The notes below the pieces were generated by a model that made no database searches, had not been told where the DNA came from, and worked only from the letters and a program-made list of their open reading frames with translations. From NCBI RefSeq assembly GCF_001194135.2, contig NC_069000.1:3100972-3164971 (forward strand): DNA of 64,000 bases, in the 5' to 3' direction. The stretch is from Octopus bimaculoides. Taxonomy: Eukaryota. The first letter of the stretch is position 1; each line of letters opens with the position of its first letter. The position numbers and the translations under genes are program-made. This document shows, piece after piece, positions 37,230-50,524 of this stretch.

Positions 37230-37435
37230 AAATCACAGACTGTGAAAAGGTATATAATATTAATGTGGATATCAAACACATTGAGAAAACTATGAAATAT
37301 GAGGACCAATGCAGGGAGATCGAGAGATTGTGAAACACGAAGCTGACAATTATCCCTATGCCATCCTGTATTCGTTTAGCTTCCAAAGAAAGTTACCTGA
37401 GATTTGATAAGACACGTTTCCAAGCTTCAGGATAG
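37230..37435 (+). mobile_element. Decayed C-terminus of an RLE-type LINE (R4/Dong/NeSL-like)
   Basis: Translation NVDIKHIEKTMKYEDQCREIERL*NTKLTIIP resembles the recalled motif NI..KE.EK..KY.DL..EI.RLW..K..IIP downstream of the PD..D endonuclease core. Confidence 0.5.
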
Positions 37436-38338
37436 AATCCCTACTAATTAAATTAGCATGAAATACCATGTTTGTAACAACAAAACAACAACAAAAATCA
37501 CGAGAATATAAATATATTTTCTTTATTACCTTACCTTAGGTTTCGTATACATACGTAATCCATTCGGTAAGTCTATTGTAGTGACGTTTTATGATCATGA
37601 ATGTTGTTTTCGAAGAAATGCTATTTTCTTAAGAATCTAGGTACTCCTTCGTAGCAGATCATGTTAGATGATATATATTATATGATCTGTTGATCTCCTT
37701 TTTAAAGTCTTCTCCCGAGACCTTACAAGTTCTAACTTTTAAGATCACAAAGCAGCCGTTCGTTTGTCTACAACCAAGTCGGCTCCGTTGTTACTATTAT
37801 TATTGTTGTTATTATCATCACCATAAATTCATACGAGCTTCGAACCTACCAAATCTTGCACCTCTGTTTGTGAGGTGTGTACGAGGTCGTTTCTTTGTTG
37901 TTTGTGGTGGTGTTTTTTTTTTCGGTGCAGTATTGTGTTTCTACATTTCATCTACGTTCAGTGATTTATGTTGTACTAGAGGTGATTGGCGATCTATTGT
38001 TATTATTCAATAATAATAATAATAATAATTCTTTTTCATCGCCTATCGTATATGATCCAATAATACTATGTCAGTTTTAGCGAGATAAATTTCCTAATTG
38101 AGAGTAAGAAGACCAGAATCGATCGGTGAAGGCTCAGTATTTGAAGATTAAACGCATATGCCAACAAGCGAATAACTATCATTTTACGATCACTTATATT
38201 GCTTACAAGGATAGAAATCTGATACATTTAGAATTCATGTTAAGGATCGTTCGCTAAATTTATATTCCCTAAAACTTTTGATCAGGTTTCTAGCGCTTCC
38301 TGCGAGTGTGATGTGTTCAACCTTGATTTATGTATTTA

Positions 38339-38397
<59 letters not shown>

Positions 38398-38576
38398 AAA
38401 CATATGTATACATATATATGAATATATATACATGTATACATATAACTATATACATATATATACCCATATTTATGCATACATGTATATATACATATGTATA
38501 TATGTATATATATATATACATATATATATATACACACACGCACAGGCACATACAGACATATATATATATATATGAG

Positions 38577-38612
<36 letters not shown>

Positions 38613-38767
38613 TTGTGTTTATACATACATACATATATATGTATATATTTTGTGTATATATAATAGATTCAGGTATCATGTATAAATTTTGATATACGTA
38701 CTCACACAATGCCCACACTCAAACACATATGCCACTATACATATTTGGGCATGTGTTAAATCTTGTG

Positions 38768-38813
<46 letters not shown>

Positions 38814-39324
38814 GTGTGTATGTATGTCTATACATCATAAAAACCTATAAAAGGAGTAAACCGATGTTTATAATGCGTTGTGCGTTGGATACGTGTATCT
38901 ACTGGGTTATAAACGAATATACGATTTTGCTCTCCTCTTCTTCAACGTCTGATGGATGGTCGGTCAGAAGGCATAATCTTCCATATTGATTTCTTCAGCA
39001 ACGAGAGGGAGAGAAAGAGAGAGAGAGAGAGTGGCAAAGAAAGAAAGAAAGAAAGATACATAGAGAGAAAAAGTGAGAGAGAATTATGTATCTTAAGTCA
39101 TCTTAGATTCCCCACTAAGAAAATTGTTTCTTTTCTCTTTTTTCTCTATGATGTTGTGCACTTATTCTTGCAATGTTCCCTACTTTTCGACTTTCTCGCA
39201 ACCAACAAATGCATCACAATTTCTACTACTACTAATACTATAATGGTGAATCTACTGATTGTTTAAGGACTCGGAAAAAATGCTTTGTAACATAACATTT
39301 AGTCCAAGCTTTAATTTCTAATTT

Positions 39325-39450
39325 CAAATGCGGCCGTGATCAGCATTACACCTTATTCTTTCGGGGTCGAAATGAGACGTAAGAGTTCAGAAATGAGACT
39401 GATTAACCCAGTAGCCCCTCCCCTAAGAATTTTCAGGTGTAGTATGATAG
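39325..39450 (+). mobile_element. SINE family A 3' fragment, degenerate
   Basis: ttcaaatgcggccgtgatc...ttattctttcggggtcga...tagcccctcccctaagaattttcagg. Confidence 0.5.
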
Positions 39451-40513
39451 GATCATTTGTGCAGGTATTTTAGGAAGAAATTGTCATCTTGAAATAATAG
39501 ACATGGGTTTCTCGTTTCAAAGACTACATTTTCTTATTATTCTCTTCGTTAAAATAGTGTCTACAGGTTTTGTCCCCGCTTCGACCCGCTTACGATTATA
39601 CCAAATGTTTTCAGAGATCAAAACTTAGGTACATATATCTGTGGTCGACCGTGTGCTATATTAGAAGACGCTTATCCAAGACGACAATTTACAGCAGGAT
39701 TAGTTTATCTAAAAACCGCTTAGTCGGTGTATCTAATTATTGATTTGATAAGCAAAAGCCAAGGGTAAACATTCTAGATTTGATGTTGTTTAGCGTAAAG
39801 TCACCAGAGTTCAGGTATAGAAGAAAAGATATCCATCTGTTAGCTTTCAAACAGTGTGTCCAGAAGACACACTATTGAATTTGAACCTCCCTGGAGAGAT
39901 GTATCAAATAAACACTAGCATCTGCAATGATTGAAATTTGACTGTTGATTCTAGCTGGTGGGGCGCATGTGCAGAAGCCTGCTCGATGTCTCATCTCATT
40001 CCTGCGTTTATGCGTTGGAGGAGGAGGAGTTGTGAAGAGTGCCTGTAACTGATTTGCTGGAGATACAACACAATAGATGGCGAGTAAAGAATAAATAGTT
40101 TATGGGACTCGACACTATAGATTTTCTCACGGATTCTATGGGAAATCGTTTCCAAATGCGAGCTGATCTATAGCGTTGAGAATCAATTTTTATATATTCT
40201 ACAAATTAGTAAGCACGTTGAAACAAATGCAAAACAATGGTTGGACCATAAAAATAAACACAAATATGGCGTCTTCCGTTCATGCTCAATATTTTGATTA
40301 GAAAAGCTATTTGAAAGAAATAATCAAATATATTGATTATTGGCTTTAGTATTATATCGTACAAAGCACACAGAATGTTCAATGGATATATTGCAGATGT
40401 AATTTGAAATCAGCAGCTGAGTAATATAAAAATATAAAATCGACAAGAGAGAAAAAACAAAATAAACAACAGCAAAGAAAAAATATAAAATGAGACAAAT
40501 AATATTATTATCA

Positions 40514-40551
<38 letters not shown>

Positions 40552-42533
40552 ACGACAACAATAACAACACCCGAATGTGGTACGTAGAAAAATTACATGA
40601 ATATATTCGACATACAGGAAAAACCTTGCCTGGTAAGTTGTTGGGATGTGTGTATATATGTATATATATATTTATATAGATATGTATATATATGTGTGCG
40701 TGTGTGTGTGTGTGTGTATACATGTACACACACATATGTACATATATGTATATACGTACACACATACAGACGCATGTGTATATGCACTCTTTTTGTGTGT
40801 ATATTTATATAAGTACGTGTGCGTATACACAGACATACATACAAACACACACATATGTATATATGTATTTATATATACAAATTTACTTGCGTAAGCACGC
40901 ACGTACGCGCGCATAGATGCCCATGTATATTTACCAGGAAAATGAATCTTCGCAATTAAAAGTGTAATGGAAATGTTCCCCTTTGGAATACAAAACGTCG
41001 AATAATAAATAAAAAACATATCTAGCTAATGTACAGCTTTCAACTCCAAAGCGAGGCTTTAAATCCCGGTTGCTTTTTATCCTCCTTCATCTCTTAAAAA
41101 TTATACATTGGAATATCTCATTATTTTGTAATAATGATGGATATTTTACTCTACAATTCCTGTTGCATTGAATAGAAGCAGCTTTTATGTATTTGGTAGG
41201 AATTCAAAGTTGTTCTACCTATGTTAAATTGTTTGTTGTTGTTGTCTATATTTTGTCGCATTTCCTGACTAAAGACACATAAATTACACACGCCCACACG
41301 CTGACTACTCGAATAGAAGCGCAAACACCTCACACGAATCTTTTATTCTTCATGTGTTTCAGTTATTGGACTGCAGTCATTTCTGTACATATATATATGT
41401 ATGTATGTATGTATAGGCACACACACACACACGCATTCGCACTCAAACACACGCATTCACACTCACACATACGCAGAACACTGGGGATAGTTGAGCGTAA
41501 GATAGCCAAGACGTTAAAATCACAAGTCTGCTATAGAAACTGCTGCACAGAAACAAAACATGTAAATACTGGTATTTAATGTAAAGCACGCGAGCAAGAA
41601 ATATAATATCTTCGTCCCAAGTAACTGTGCACAGAACAGTGAATGTTTCTTGAAAAATTATGCGCAGCCTGCCAGATTGTTAGATCGAGAGACAGATAAC
41701 CGACTTAGGACATCTGATTGACAGAAAAATAATTACGTACGCTGATACTACTGGCTTCTGTAAATCCAAATGAGTGTAGAAAGAAACAAGTTAATGGGAA
41801 TATATCTAAAGACAGAATGGAAAATGCGACAACTGCATAAGCATGAACGGAGCCATTCCCAGTTACTGAATTTGCAAAACCTTTTATGTGGTATTCAAAT
41901 TTATGCAAAAAATTGTCGGGCAGGAAACTCAAATTGCCATAGAGACCTTCAGGAAAATATCGTTTAACGGTTACGAATTCAGGTACCGAAACAACTAACA
42001 TTTCTAACGAGCTAACACATTTCGTTAAGAGATGCAAACATTAGTCGCATGCACACTCTGACACACGCGCACACACAGACATTTATACATCCCTTTGCAA
42101 ATAATTACATTGTGCACTGTACCCGAGTCCGTAAGAGGATCTCCTGTGAAACCGCACGTTTCTCTACATCTATATTTTATACTACTAAATTATTATACAT
42201 ACATGTATATATAATGTAATGCAGTTTGTCCATGAAAGGGAAAATCCAGAAATTCGGATCGTTGAAATAATTTCATGAAGAGTTTATAAAACCATATAAA
42301 CATGATGGGACCGTGCATGGTACAGTGTGTTTGGGAAGAATGACCTTTCCCAAACGGTCATGTCTTCGCGTATAATGTAGAAAATAAGAAAAGAAAATCG
42401 GACGACGAAATGTGAATAATACTTAATAGAAAGTTAGATTTATATATATTTACAGGGAAGTGTAAGCATTGTTTAACTCTTATGCTATCTCATTCGAAAT
42501 AGCAATTTATACACAATACACACACACACAGAA

Positions 42534-42615
<82 letters not shown>

Positions 42616-42968
42616 TATGTGTGCGTGCTTGTAATTATGTATGTTTCTATGTTACATATAATATGTAATTCTACCCGACAAAGTAATATACAAAAGCAGA
42701 TATATTAGATTGGTGTAGAAAACTAGTTATTTCAAGGAATGATTAGAATAGGTTTATGCTAGTTGTGCGTAGTTCACATTGAAGAAGCATACGCAGGAGG
42801 AGGAGAAGTGGTAGGAAACACGACGAACATGGATAATATAAACTTAGTGACAGCGACATAATAAATATATTTATATATATATAGTGTTTTTTTCTCTGAA
42901 TTATATATTTCTATATTCTTCTATGAATGTATGTATATGCGTACGTTCTTATATATGTTTGTGTGCTT

Positions 42969-43026
<58 letters not shown>

Positions 43027-43869
43027 GTATATATAGATGTTTGTAATCAAACACAGTGTGACAATCAGATAAGGTTGAACAACAAGTCAGACAATGTAAT
43101 ATTCCAAAACTAATTGTGTTATATTTTTCTATTATAGGCGAGTGTCACAGCAGTAATGAGAGATTGAATGAGTATGTCATACAGTTTAAATATTTACTGT
43201 TCCGTCGTTGAATCACAGCGGCAAATGGTTTATAAATCTGTATTGTAGGAGAAGAAGAAAATTGAAAGCAATACGGAGAAGGTGAATTCTGTAAATAATA
43301 GAGTCTGGAAATACGAAATGGAACATAAAAATGGGTGTGCGTATGTTGGCATGTGTGCGTGTGTGGGGGAGGGTGAGAGAGGGAGAGATGTACGTAGAGA
43401 CGTAGAGAGTAGGAGTGAGTGTCTGATGATTGCATATAGAATGATTATATACGGAGACAGAGAGGGAAATATACAAGCGGCCTATAAAATAGACTCTGCT
43501 TGCACAACACAGTCTACCGAGACTCAATGTTTGCATAGAATATGGCCGATCAATGAATACATATAAGCTAGCGAACGCAGCAACGTTAATATACTTTAAA
43601 AGCTAATGGATGACAGAAGGAACGGATTTGAACGTGACCGTGTAAAACGTGTTCCAAAGGAAGACTTGGTGAATTTATGATCGCCATATTTCAATAAAGA
43701 AATTGCACACACACACATGCGGACACATGCATGTGTTTATATATATATATATATATATATATATGAGTATGTGTGTGTATGTATATGTGTGTGTGTATGT
43801 ATATATATATATGTTTATACAACATATAAATATATATATGAGCATGTGTGTTATATGTATACACACACA

Positions 43870-43915
<46 letters not shown>

Positions 43916-44723
43916 CTTTTATAAATGTAACAAAAGAAATTGGTTTGTTTTCTTCAATTACCTTCTGAAATAGCGGTCGTATCTATTCAAGTTTAAACTG
44001 AATTAGCTACCAATCTATATGTCTATCTGTCTCTCTGACTACTTTCTGTCTATTGATTTATCTATCCGTCTACTTTACTTTATAACTCTGTCTCTGTCCT
44101 TCCCTCTTTCTGTTAATCTGGTAAGCATTGTAATTATCTACATATAATATACACATGGGAAAAAAATAATAATCTTGAGTCACCTTTGAAAATGTAAATA
44201 CGTATAGTCACTATATTGTTGACACCCTCATAACTAACGCTACAATCCCATTGCTAACGCCACAAGGGGCATTACATCAACTGTAAGTTACTAGAAAATT
44301 ACAGAGCTTAACTAGACCAGATTGACAGGGACAGGTACGGCTTCGCTAATATACTGAACCGTTCTTGCCATCTAGAGACATACATGAACACTGAACGCGA
44401 AGATTTTCTCCCCTTATGTCCTTATATCCGAAAATATATTGAACTATTCGGTTCCTTCCTAAAAGTGACAGTTGACTCTTCCCTTATTTGAAGCACTATC
44501 ACATAAAAGAGTATCATTCGCCCAGCGTATACACACAATTATATACATACATATATTTTGAGTAGAAAAAACACAAGGCAGACTAAAGAACGCCATCCGA
44601 TTACTTTACACTCCGAACATGAAAACTACCATAGGTCACACGTAAAAAAAATGTCTATTAAATGAATCTCATCCCTGCGTGGATGGAATACTTATTATTA
44701 ATGCTGCCAATAATGGAAGAGTA

Positions 44724-44754
44724 TATCATATCATATCATATCATATCATATCAT

Positions 44755-44760
<6 letters not shown>
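44724..44760. repeat. (ATATC)n pentanucleotide repeat grading into (TA)n
   Basis: atcatatcatatcatatcatatcatatcatatcata. Confidence 0.9.
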
Positions 44761-44792
<32 letters not shown>

Positions 44793-45412
44793 NNNNNNNN
44801 NNNNNNNNNNNNNNNNNNNNNNNNNNNNNNNNNNNNNNNNNNNNNNNNNNNNNNNNNNNNNNNNNNNNNNNNNNNNNNNNNNNNNNNNNNNNNNNNNNNN
44901 NNNNNNNNNNNNNNNNNNNNNNNNNNNNNNNNNNNNNNNNNNNNNNNNNNNNNNNNNNNNNNNNNNNNNNNNNNNNNNNNNNNNNNNNNNNNNNNNNNNN
45001 NNNNNNNNNNNNNNNNNNNNNNNNNNNNNNNNNNNNNNNNNNNNNNNNNNNNNNNNNNNNNNNNNNNNNNNNNNNNNNNNNNNNNNNNNNNNNNNNNNNN
45101 NNNNNNNNNNNNNNNNNNNNNNNNNNNNNNNNNNNNNNNNNNNNNNNNNNNNNNNNNNNNNNNNNNNNNNNNNNNNNNNNNNNNNNNNNNNNNNNNNNNN
45201 NNNNNNNNNNNNNNNNNNNNNNNNNNNNNNNNNNNNNNNNNNNNNNNNNNNNNNNNNNNTATATATATGCACTATGTGCCGATTATGCTTAATGCATCGA
45301 ACAAAATTAAATAAAAATGTATAATGTTCGGTAATGGTAAAATTCTCATTAAGTGTGACTCATATTTCTCCATTTATACGTCAGTGCATATATACTCATC
45401 ATAAGTGCGTGC

Positions 45413-45452
<40 letters not shown>

Positions 45453-45499
45453 AATTAAAGCAGCTAATTTCGTGACGCGCAATCTTATCCAAATACTTG

Positions 45500-45750
45500 T
45501 CTTTGTAAGGATTCGTTGTTGACTTTTCCGAAAGCCTATGATATTTACCAAGTATTCAATAACGGTGTAGAAAGAATTCCTAATATATCAGATAATTATT
45601 TATAATGGCGAAAATTATACCATTGGTTGAAAAGGCTACTTGTGGTTGTCAAAAGTGTTTGTGTTTAATGGAAATACAGTCATTCCGAGCCATATAGCCG
45701 TTTATCATTTAAGCTTATGTCGATTCCTCCGTCGGTGCTCTTTTGCATCT
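45500..45750 (+). mobile_element. Decayed LINE reverse-transcriptase core fragment (CR1/L2/Jockey group)
   Basis: gtt gac ttt tcc (g) aaa gcc tat gat gives VDFS/KAYD with a 1-nt insertion (45518-45542). It is followed by KGYL...V.NG and SSVGALL, resembling DFSKAFD...YL..R.Q.V.ING...GSVLGPLLF. Confidence 0.4.
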
Positions 45751-45798
45751 ATAATAAAATAAATATATACAAATTATAAAAATAATTTTAAAAAGATA

Positions 45799-45894
45799 TA
45801 CAGTACAGTACTGTTTCTACTTCGTGGATTTTCACCTATCGCGGGAGGTGAGTGGCTAGAATGTAACACTCGTGATAGTCGAAGTCTTACTGTA
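45799..45894. mobile_element. pogo/Tigger-like MITE or its terminus
   Basis: Begins tacagta and ends ttactgta (TA-flanked CAGTA termini). Internal ttttcacctatcgcggg is loosely complementary to ctcgtgatagtcgaag. Confidence 0.45.
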
Positions 45895-46900
45895 ATTATA
45901 GAAGCGTGGGTGTCTGGGGAAGCGGTTCATTTCGTCAGGAAATGGTTCGTAGGAGTTTCGGTCATGGTGGGTAGCTTGAGACAGTGGGTAGTTTTCCTAT
46001 ATCAGTGTCTTCCTTGCGAGAGAGCAAAGCAGAACTTGACAGATTGTAATTTGTAAAAAAAAAAAGAGCACACAAAGACGTGTATGTATGTGTGTGTGTC
46101 TGTGTGACTACCTGTAACTTTCCATAGGTTTCCGACATGAAGCCAGAAAGATATTACAATTTTCTCCTCGTAACCATGCTTAGTACATATGCAACTCAGA
46201 GGACGACATTAAAAGCCAGAAGAGTGCTAAAACCAGACACTAATTTAATTGAAGTAATAAATAAAAATCACCAACCAAGAATAGTCGGAACAAAACCGTG
46301 TGGTAATGTGTTACGTTTTTTCTACATCTTATTATGATAATCCACGAAGACGGCGGCTGTTACCTGATGTCTCACTGTTTATAATGCATAAATAATTTAC
46401 AAGGTGTAAGAGCAATTTTGGCTATCGTGTTTCGCTCGTAACCGGTTAATCTTTCCGCCACTTTTGAAATCTTATTGATATTGACGTAGAGACAGAAATG
46501 TCCTAAACTCTACACGGCCACATTCAATACATGCCAGAAATTTATTTTGCTTGTGTAGGTGATGATCTCAAGTTCAATAAGCGATAATTTTGACGTTCAT
46601 TAATCACAAAATTGCTACCCAAACATAATTCAAGCTTTGGATGTCGGCTCAAGAGACAATTCATTCGTTAAATATTCATATCACATGTAGCACTCGTATG
46701 TGACAACCTGAGAAGCTATTAAACATGTTGGAAGGCAGAATCACAGAAAGCTAATTCACAAAGTTGCTAAACCGTTTGAGAGGAAGTGAGACCGTGCTAT
46801 TTTCACCATTCTGGGCTCCCTGCATTGGATATTGTAGCCTTGTTACTTATTTTGTCTCTCTGTCTGTATGTATATAATTTTCTTTCGAAAAATAGAGAGC

Positions 46901-46934
<34 letters not shown>

Positions 46935-47445
46935 NNNNNNNNNNNNNNNNNNNNNNNNNNNNNNNNNNNNNNNNNNNNNNNNNNNNNNNNNNNNNNNNNN
47001 NNNNNNNNNNNNNNNNNNNNNNNNNNNNNNNNNNNNNNNNNNNNNNNNNNNNNNNNNNNNNNNNNNNNNNNNNNNNNNNNNNNNNNNNNNNNNNNNNNNN
47101 NNNNNNNNNNNNNNNNNNNNNNNNNNNNNNNNNNNNNNNNNNNNNNNNNNNNNNNNNNNNNNNNNNNNNNNNNNNNNNNNNNNNNNNNNNNNNNNNNNNN
47201 NNNNNNNNNNNNNNNNNNNNNNNNNNNNNNNNNNNNNNNNNNNNNNNNNNNNNNNNNNNNNNNNNNNNNNNNNNNNNNNNNNNNNNNNNNNNNNNNNNNN
47301 NNNNNNNNNNNNNNNNNNNNNNNNNNNNNNNNNNNNNNNNNNNNNNNNNNNNNNNNNNNNNNNNNNNNNNNNNNNNNNNNNNNNNNNNNNNNNNNNNNNN
47401 NNNNNNNNNNNNNNNNNNNNNNNNNNNNNNNNNNNNNNNNNNNNA

Positions 47446-47705
47446 GGAATTGTAGCTGAAATCTAAGTAAAGCAAATTAGATTTCTCGGTCATGTGATGA
47501 GGAGGGAGGACGTGAAGAATTTAGACATGCCATGAAAGAATTTAGGGAAGAGAAGCGAAGAAAGTAGAAAGATGATATGAATGTGAAGCCTGAAGAATTG
47601 TTTGGAATAAAGAAGCATTAAACATCAGGAAGCGAGACCGTTGCAGAAAACAAAGAACAGAGGACTTTGGTAGGACATGATTGGGTTTGTCTTACATTGG
47701 CCAAT
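47446..47705 (+). mobile_element. RTE-clade LINE 3' end (decayed)
   Basis: One frame reads KQIRFLGHVMRREDVKNL..*KNLGKRS...SLKNCLE...KNRGLW*DMIGFVL, matching the RTE motif RQL.FLGHVMR.E..E.L...GKI.GKR.RGR...W..MI..V. Confidence 0.75.
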
Positions 47706-47879
47706 GATGATAGGTTCCGAAACGCTCGACAGTTTGAAATGAAACCACAACTTCTGAATATTAGGTATAAAATGTATATTTTACGGACGGCAGCGATTAC
47801 GTATTTCCAATCATAAAAGCACAAACTGGTGAAATATATCATATAGATTCTTTTCCTGTTTTTTGGTATTTAATAAGAC

Positions 47880-48110
47880 TGAACACAGTCGGCTGCCCTA
47901 TTATAACTTGTCCCAGTATCTCTCCATAATCATACACAATTGTTTTCCAAAAACTCACTTCCTATAATCTGGCCCCATGCAGTAAAATGGTCAGAACGAA
48001 ATAATCTTTGTATATAGAGATCCCCTGGAGTTAAACAGCCAATCATTTCCTTCCACTCAGCTACAAATTCTTGTAGACACATTCCAGTGGATAGTCAGTT
48101 AATGAGAGTG
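47880..48110 (-). mobile_element. RTE-like LINE fragment (decayed)
   Basis: Minus-strand ISIYKDYFVLTILLHG resembles KI..YKA.VL.ILLYG.ETW. Confidence 0.45.
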
Positions 48111-48829
48111 AGAAGGAAACTTTGAACGATACCACTATCATAATCTCTTCTAACAACATCATTAGACCATTTCATTTACAGCGAGTGATAATGGTTTCTT
48201 TACAATGATACTTCCTAACATGTGCCCTGCATGTTCCGCATTTCCGAAGGAGCAGCATAAGAAAATATTTTCCTTATATTACACTAATTGAAAAATGCAT
48301 AATACATTTCAAGGTATGTGTCCGTTTGCTTCTTAATCATTTGTATAGAGAGCGTTGGTAAAAATAACAAAGGCCTTCAGATGTGCGTGATCAAGCATCG
48401 GATCAGTAAGGAGAAAATTCGAACTCTCACACAGGGCCACACACACACATAACCCCCCCCCCACATATATATATATATTTATGTATAAAAGTATATACAT
48501 ATATACGCATAAGCATATTCGCATATACACATGTTTAATTTTTCACTATACTTTTGTTGAGTACAAATTCATTACTATCAAAAGAAATTGGCGATAAGGA
48601 AGTTAAGAATTATTTATTATTAACAAATTGGTTATCTATGCTTCTTACACCCGTTTCAGTTAATACTGAATAATTTCATTACAAATTTGTATATTACATT
48701 TTAATTTATATGACATGAGCATAATTTCATCACAGAAAAAAATGTACCTTGGGATGTTATATGTGGACCTATCAATTCATTTTAGCAGTCTTTAAAATGA
48801 ATTCATTTCAGCAATCTCGGTACATGTTC

Positions 48830-49090
48830 TCATGTCATCTATATAAAATTTCCCCCATCGATCTCTATCATCGCCTTCAAGTGCCAGGCCCCAAGCTTCA
48901 ATCAGCTCTTGCTATCACACGTAAAATTTTCTTTCACTCCTCTCAGTCATTTCTTCTTCACATGCCCTCTCTCCCTATGCACCTGCAGAGACCACTACAA
49001 ACAATGGTGTGGAAATCAGGGCGCATCTATACTTTTTTACATCCCATAGCCATTTCATACCACAGTGCATTAGGATTTTCAATGTCAGGA
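48830..49090 (-). mobile_element. RTE-like LINE 3' end fragment (decayed)
   Basis: Minus-strand LWY...V.SG.CR.IGR..., SLG and DRDRWG resemble LRWYGHV.RM....V.G...RGRP.K.W...DL..LG....DR..WR. Confidence 0.4.
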
Positions 49091-49384
49091 TGTCGTCTGT
49101 TAAATTAGCAGATCCCTACATTCTCACTGTTTTCTGTGATATGCCCTTCAACATGTGGTGGTGGTGGATGAGTTATTTCATCTGGTAGATGCGGGCTGAC
49201 ATCTCTATCGGTAGCAGGGGATGACTGATTTCGCCAACTCTCCTCTTTATTCAACACAACCTTAGGAGCGGCTTTGGCAAAAATAACAACGAAATTTCAT
49301 AAGTTGAAATTAGAAGAGCTAATTGCACACTATTAGATAAATATGAATAAGAGAAAACGTGCTGCAACCAATATATATATATAC

Positions 49385-49430
<46 letters not shown>

Positions 49431-49834
49431 AAATCACGTTGTAGAGAAATACGTTGGAAGACATTATTAAATAATGACTAAGGCAGGTAATTATTTCTCG
49501 TCTATCTTCCTCTTTCACTTTTTTATGATGATCAGTAAATTTTAAATTTATTGTTCGACCATCACAAATGGTAAATGTTTATAGTTCTATCGTTCTTAAT
49601 TTTTCTGAAAGAAAAAAAATCGTTTACATCTACTGCACATTAATTAACTTGGTAGACATTTAGCTGTCACATAATTTGCTATTTTACGAAAAAATATTTG
49701 TCTAATCAGTTATTTTCATTCTATCGTCTCACCTAAATTTCTATTGTGTTAATTCTACATAACATCACAAACTATGTTAAAGTAAAGATAATGCTATTAA
49801 GAATGTCTTATACTTTCAGTACAAGTTGTTTGGA

Positions 49835-49985
49835 GAGGACAGGACAGACCGACGCCAGTACTTGACTAATATATTCGTTATTGACCTCGGAAGTATGAAA
49901 CTCAAACTCGACGTCTACAACATTTGAGTTTACGGAAGAAATAACAGTAAACCTTTTGTCTGATGTACCAATGACTCTGCCAACT
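49835..49985 (-). mobile_element. Degenerate SINE family A copy
   Basis: gacagaccgacgccagtacttgactaatatattcgttattgacctcggaagtatgaaactcaaactcgacg...atttgagttt. Confidence 0.5.
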
Positions 49986-50476
49986 AAATACATCAACAAT
50001 AATTGCACTCTCATAATGATTCTGCTTCTTATTATGTTACTTAGGCTGTCAGTAACGCTTTCACGTGATTAGAGAAAAAGAGGGTGACAGTAAGATATCG
50101 GAAGTATTTTGTCCGACGCACTAATAATGCTACCAGCCCAACGCCTTCACAATGATGCGTGATGAGTATTTTCTAGAATTACAATTAAATATCCAATCTA
50201 AAGTTACCAATGATATTCATGTTTTTCTAACCTAACTTAAAATTAATAAACACATCTTAAAACTTGGATTAATTCTCTTATTAGTAGTAGACGGAGGAGG
50301 AGGAGTATTATATTGTTGCTGTTGTTGTTTTTGTAGCTTTTGATATTTTTAGTGTATTTATTGTTTGTTTCTATAATAATTATCTCTTTTTTCTCTTTCT
50401 TTATTTTATTTATTTATTGATTCATTTAAATTTCTAGTTCTATATTATAAAACTATATATCTATATATATGAATAG

Positions 50477-50524
<48 letters not shown>

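Noticed and set aside
40570-40640. PECG and HTG/EKP fragments suggesting a C2H2 zinc-finger relic
   Set aside because: The spacing does not fit C-x2-C-x12-H-x3-H-TGEKP, and the histidines are missing or out of frame.
41705-42037. 110-aa minus-strand ORF in non-repetitive sequence
   Set aside because: No recognisable motif on either strand and no splice support; within the chance range for 64 kb.
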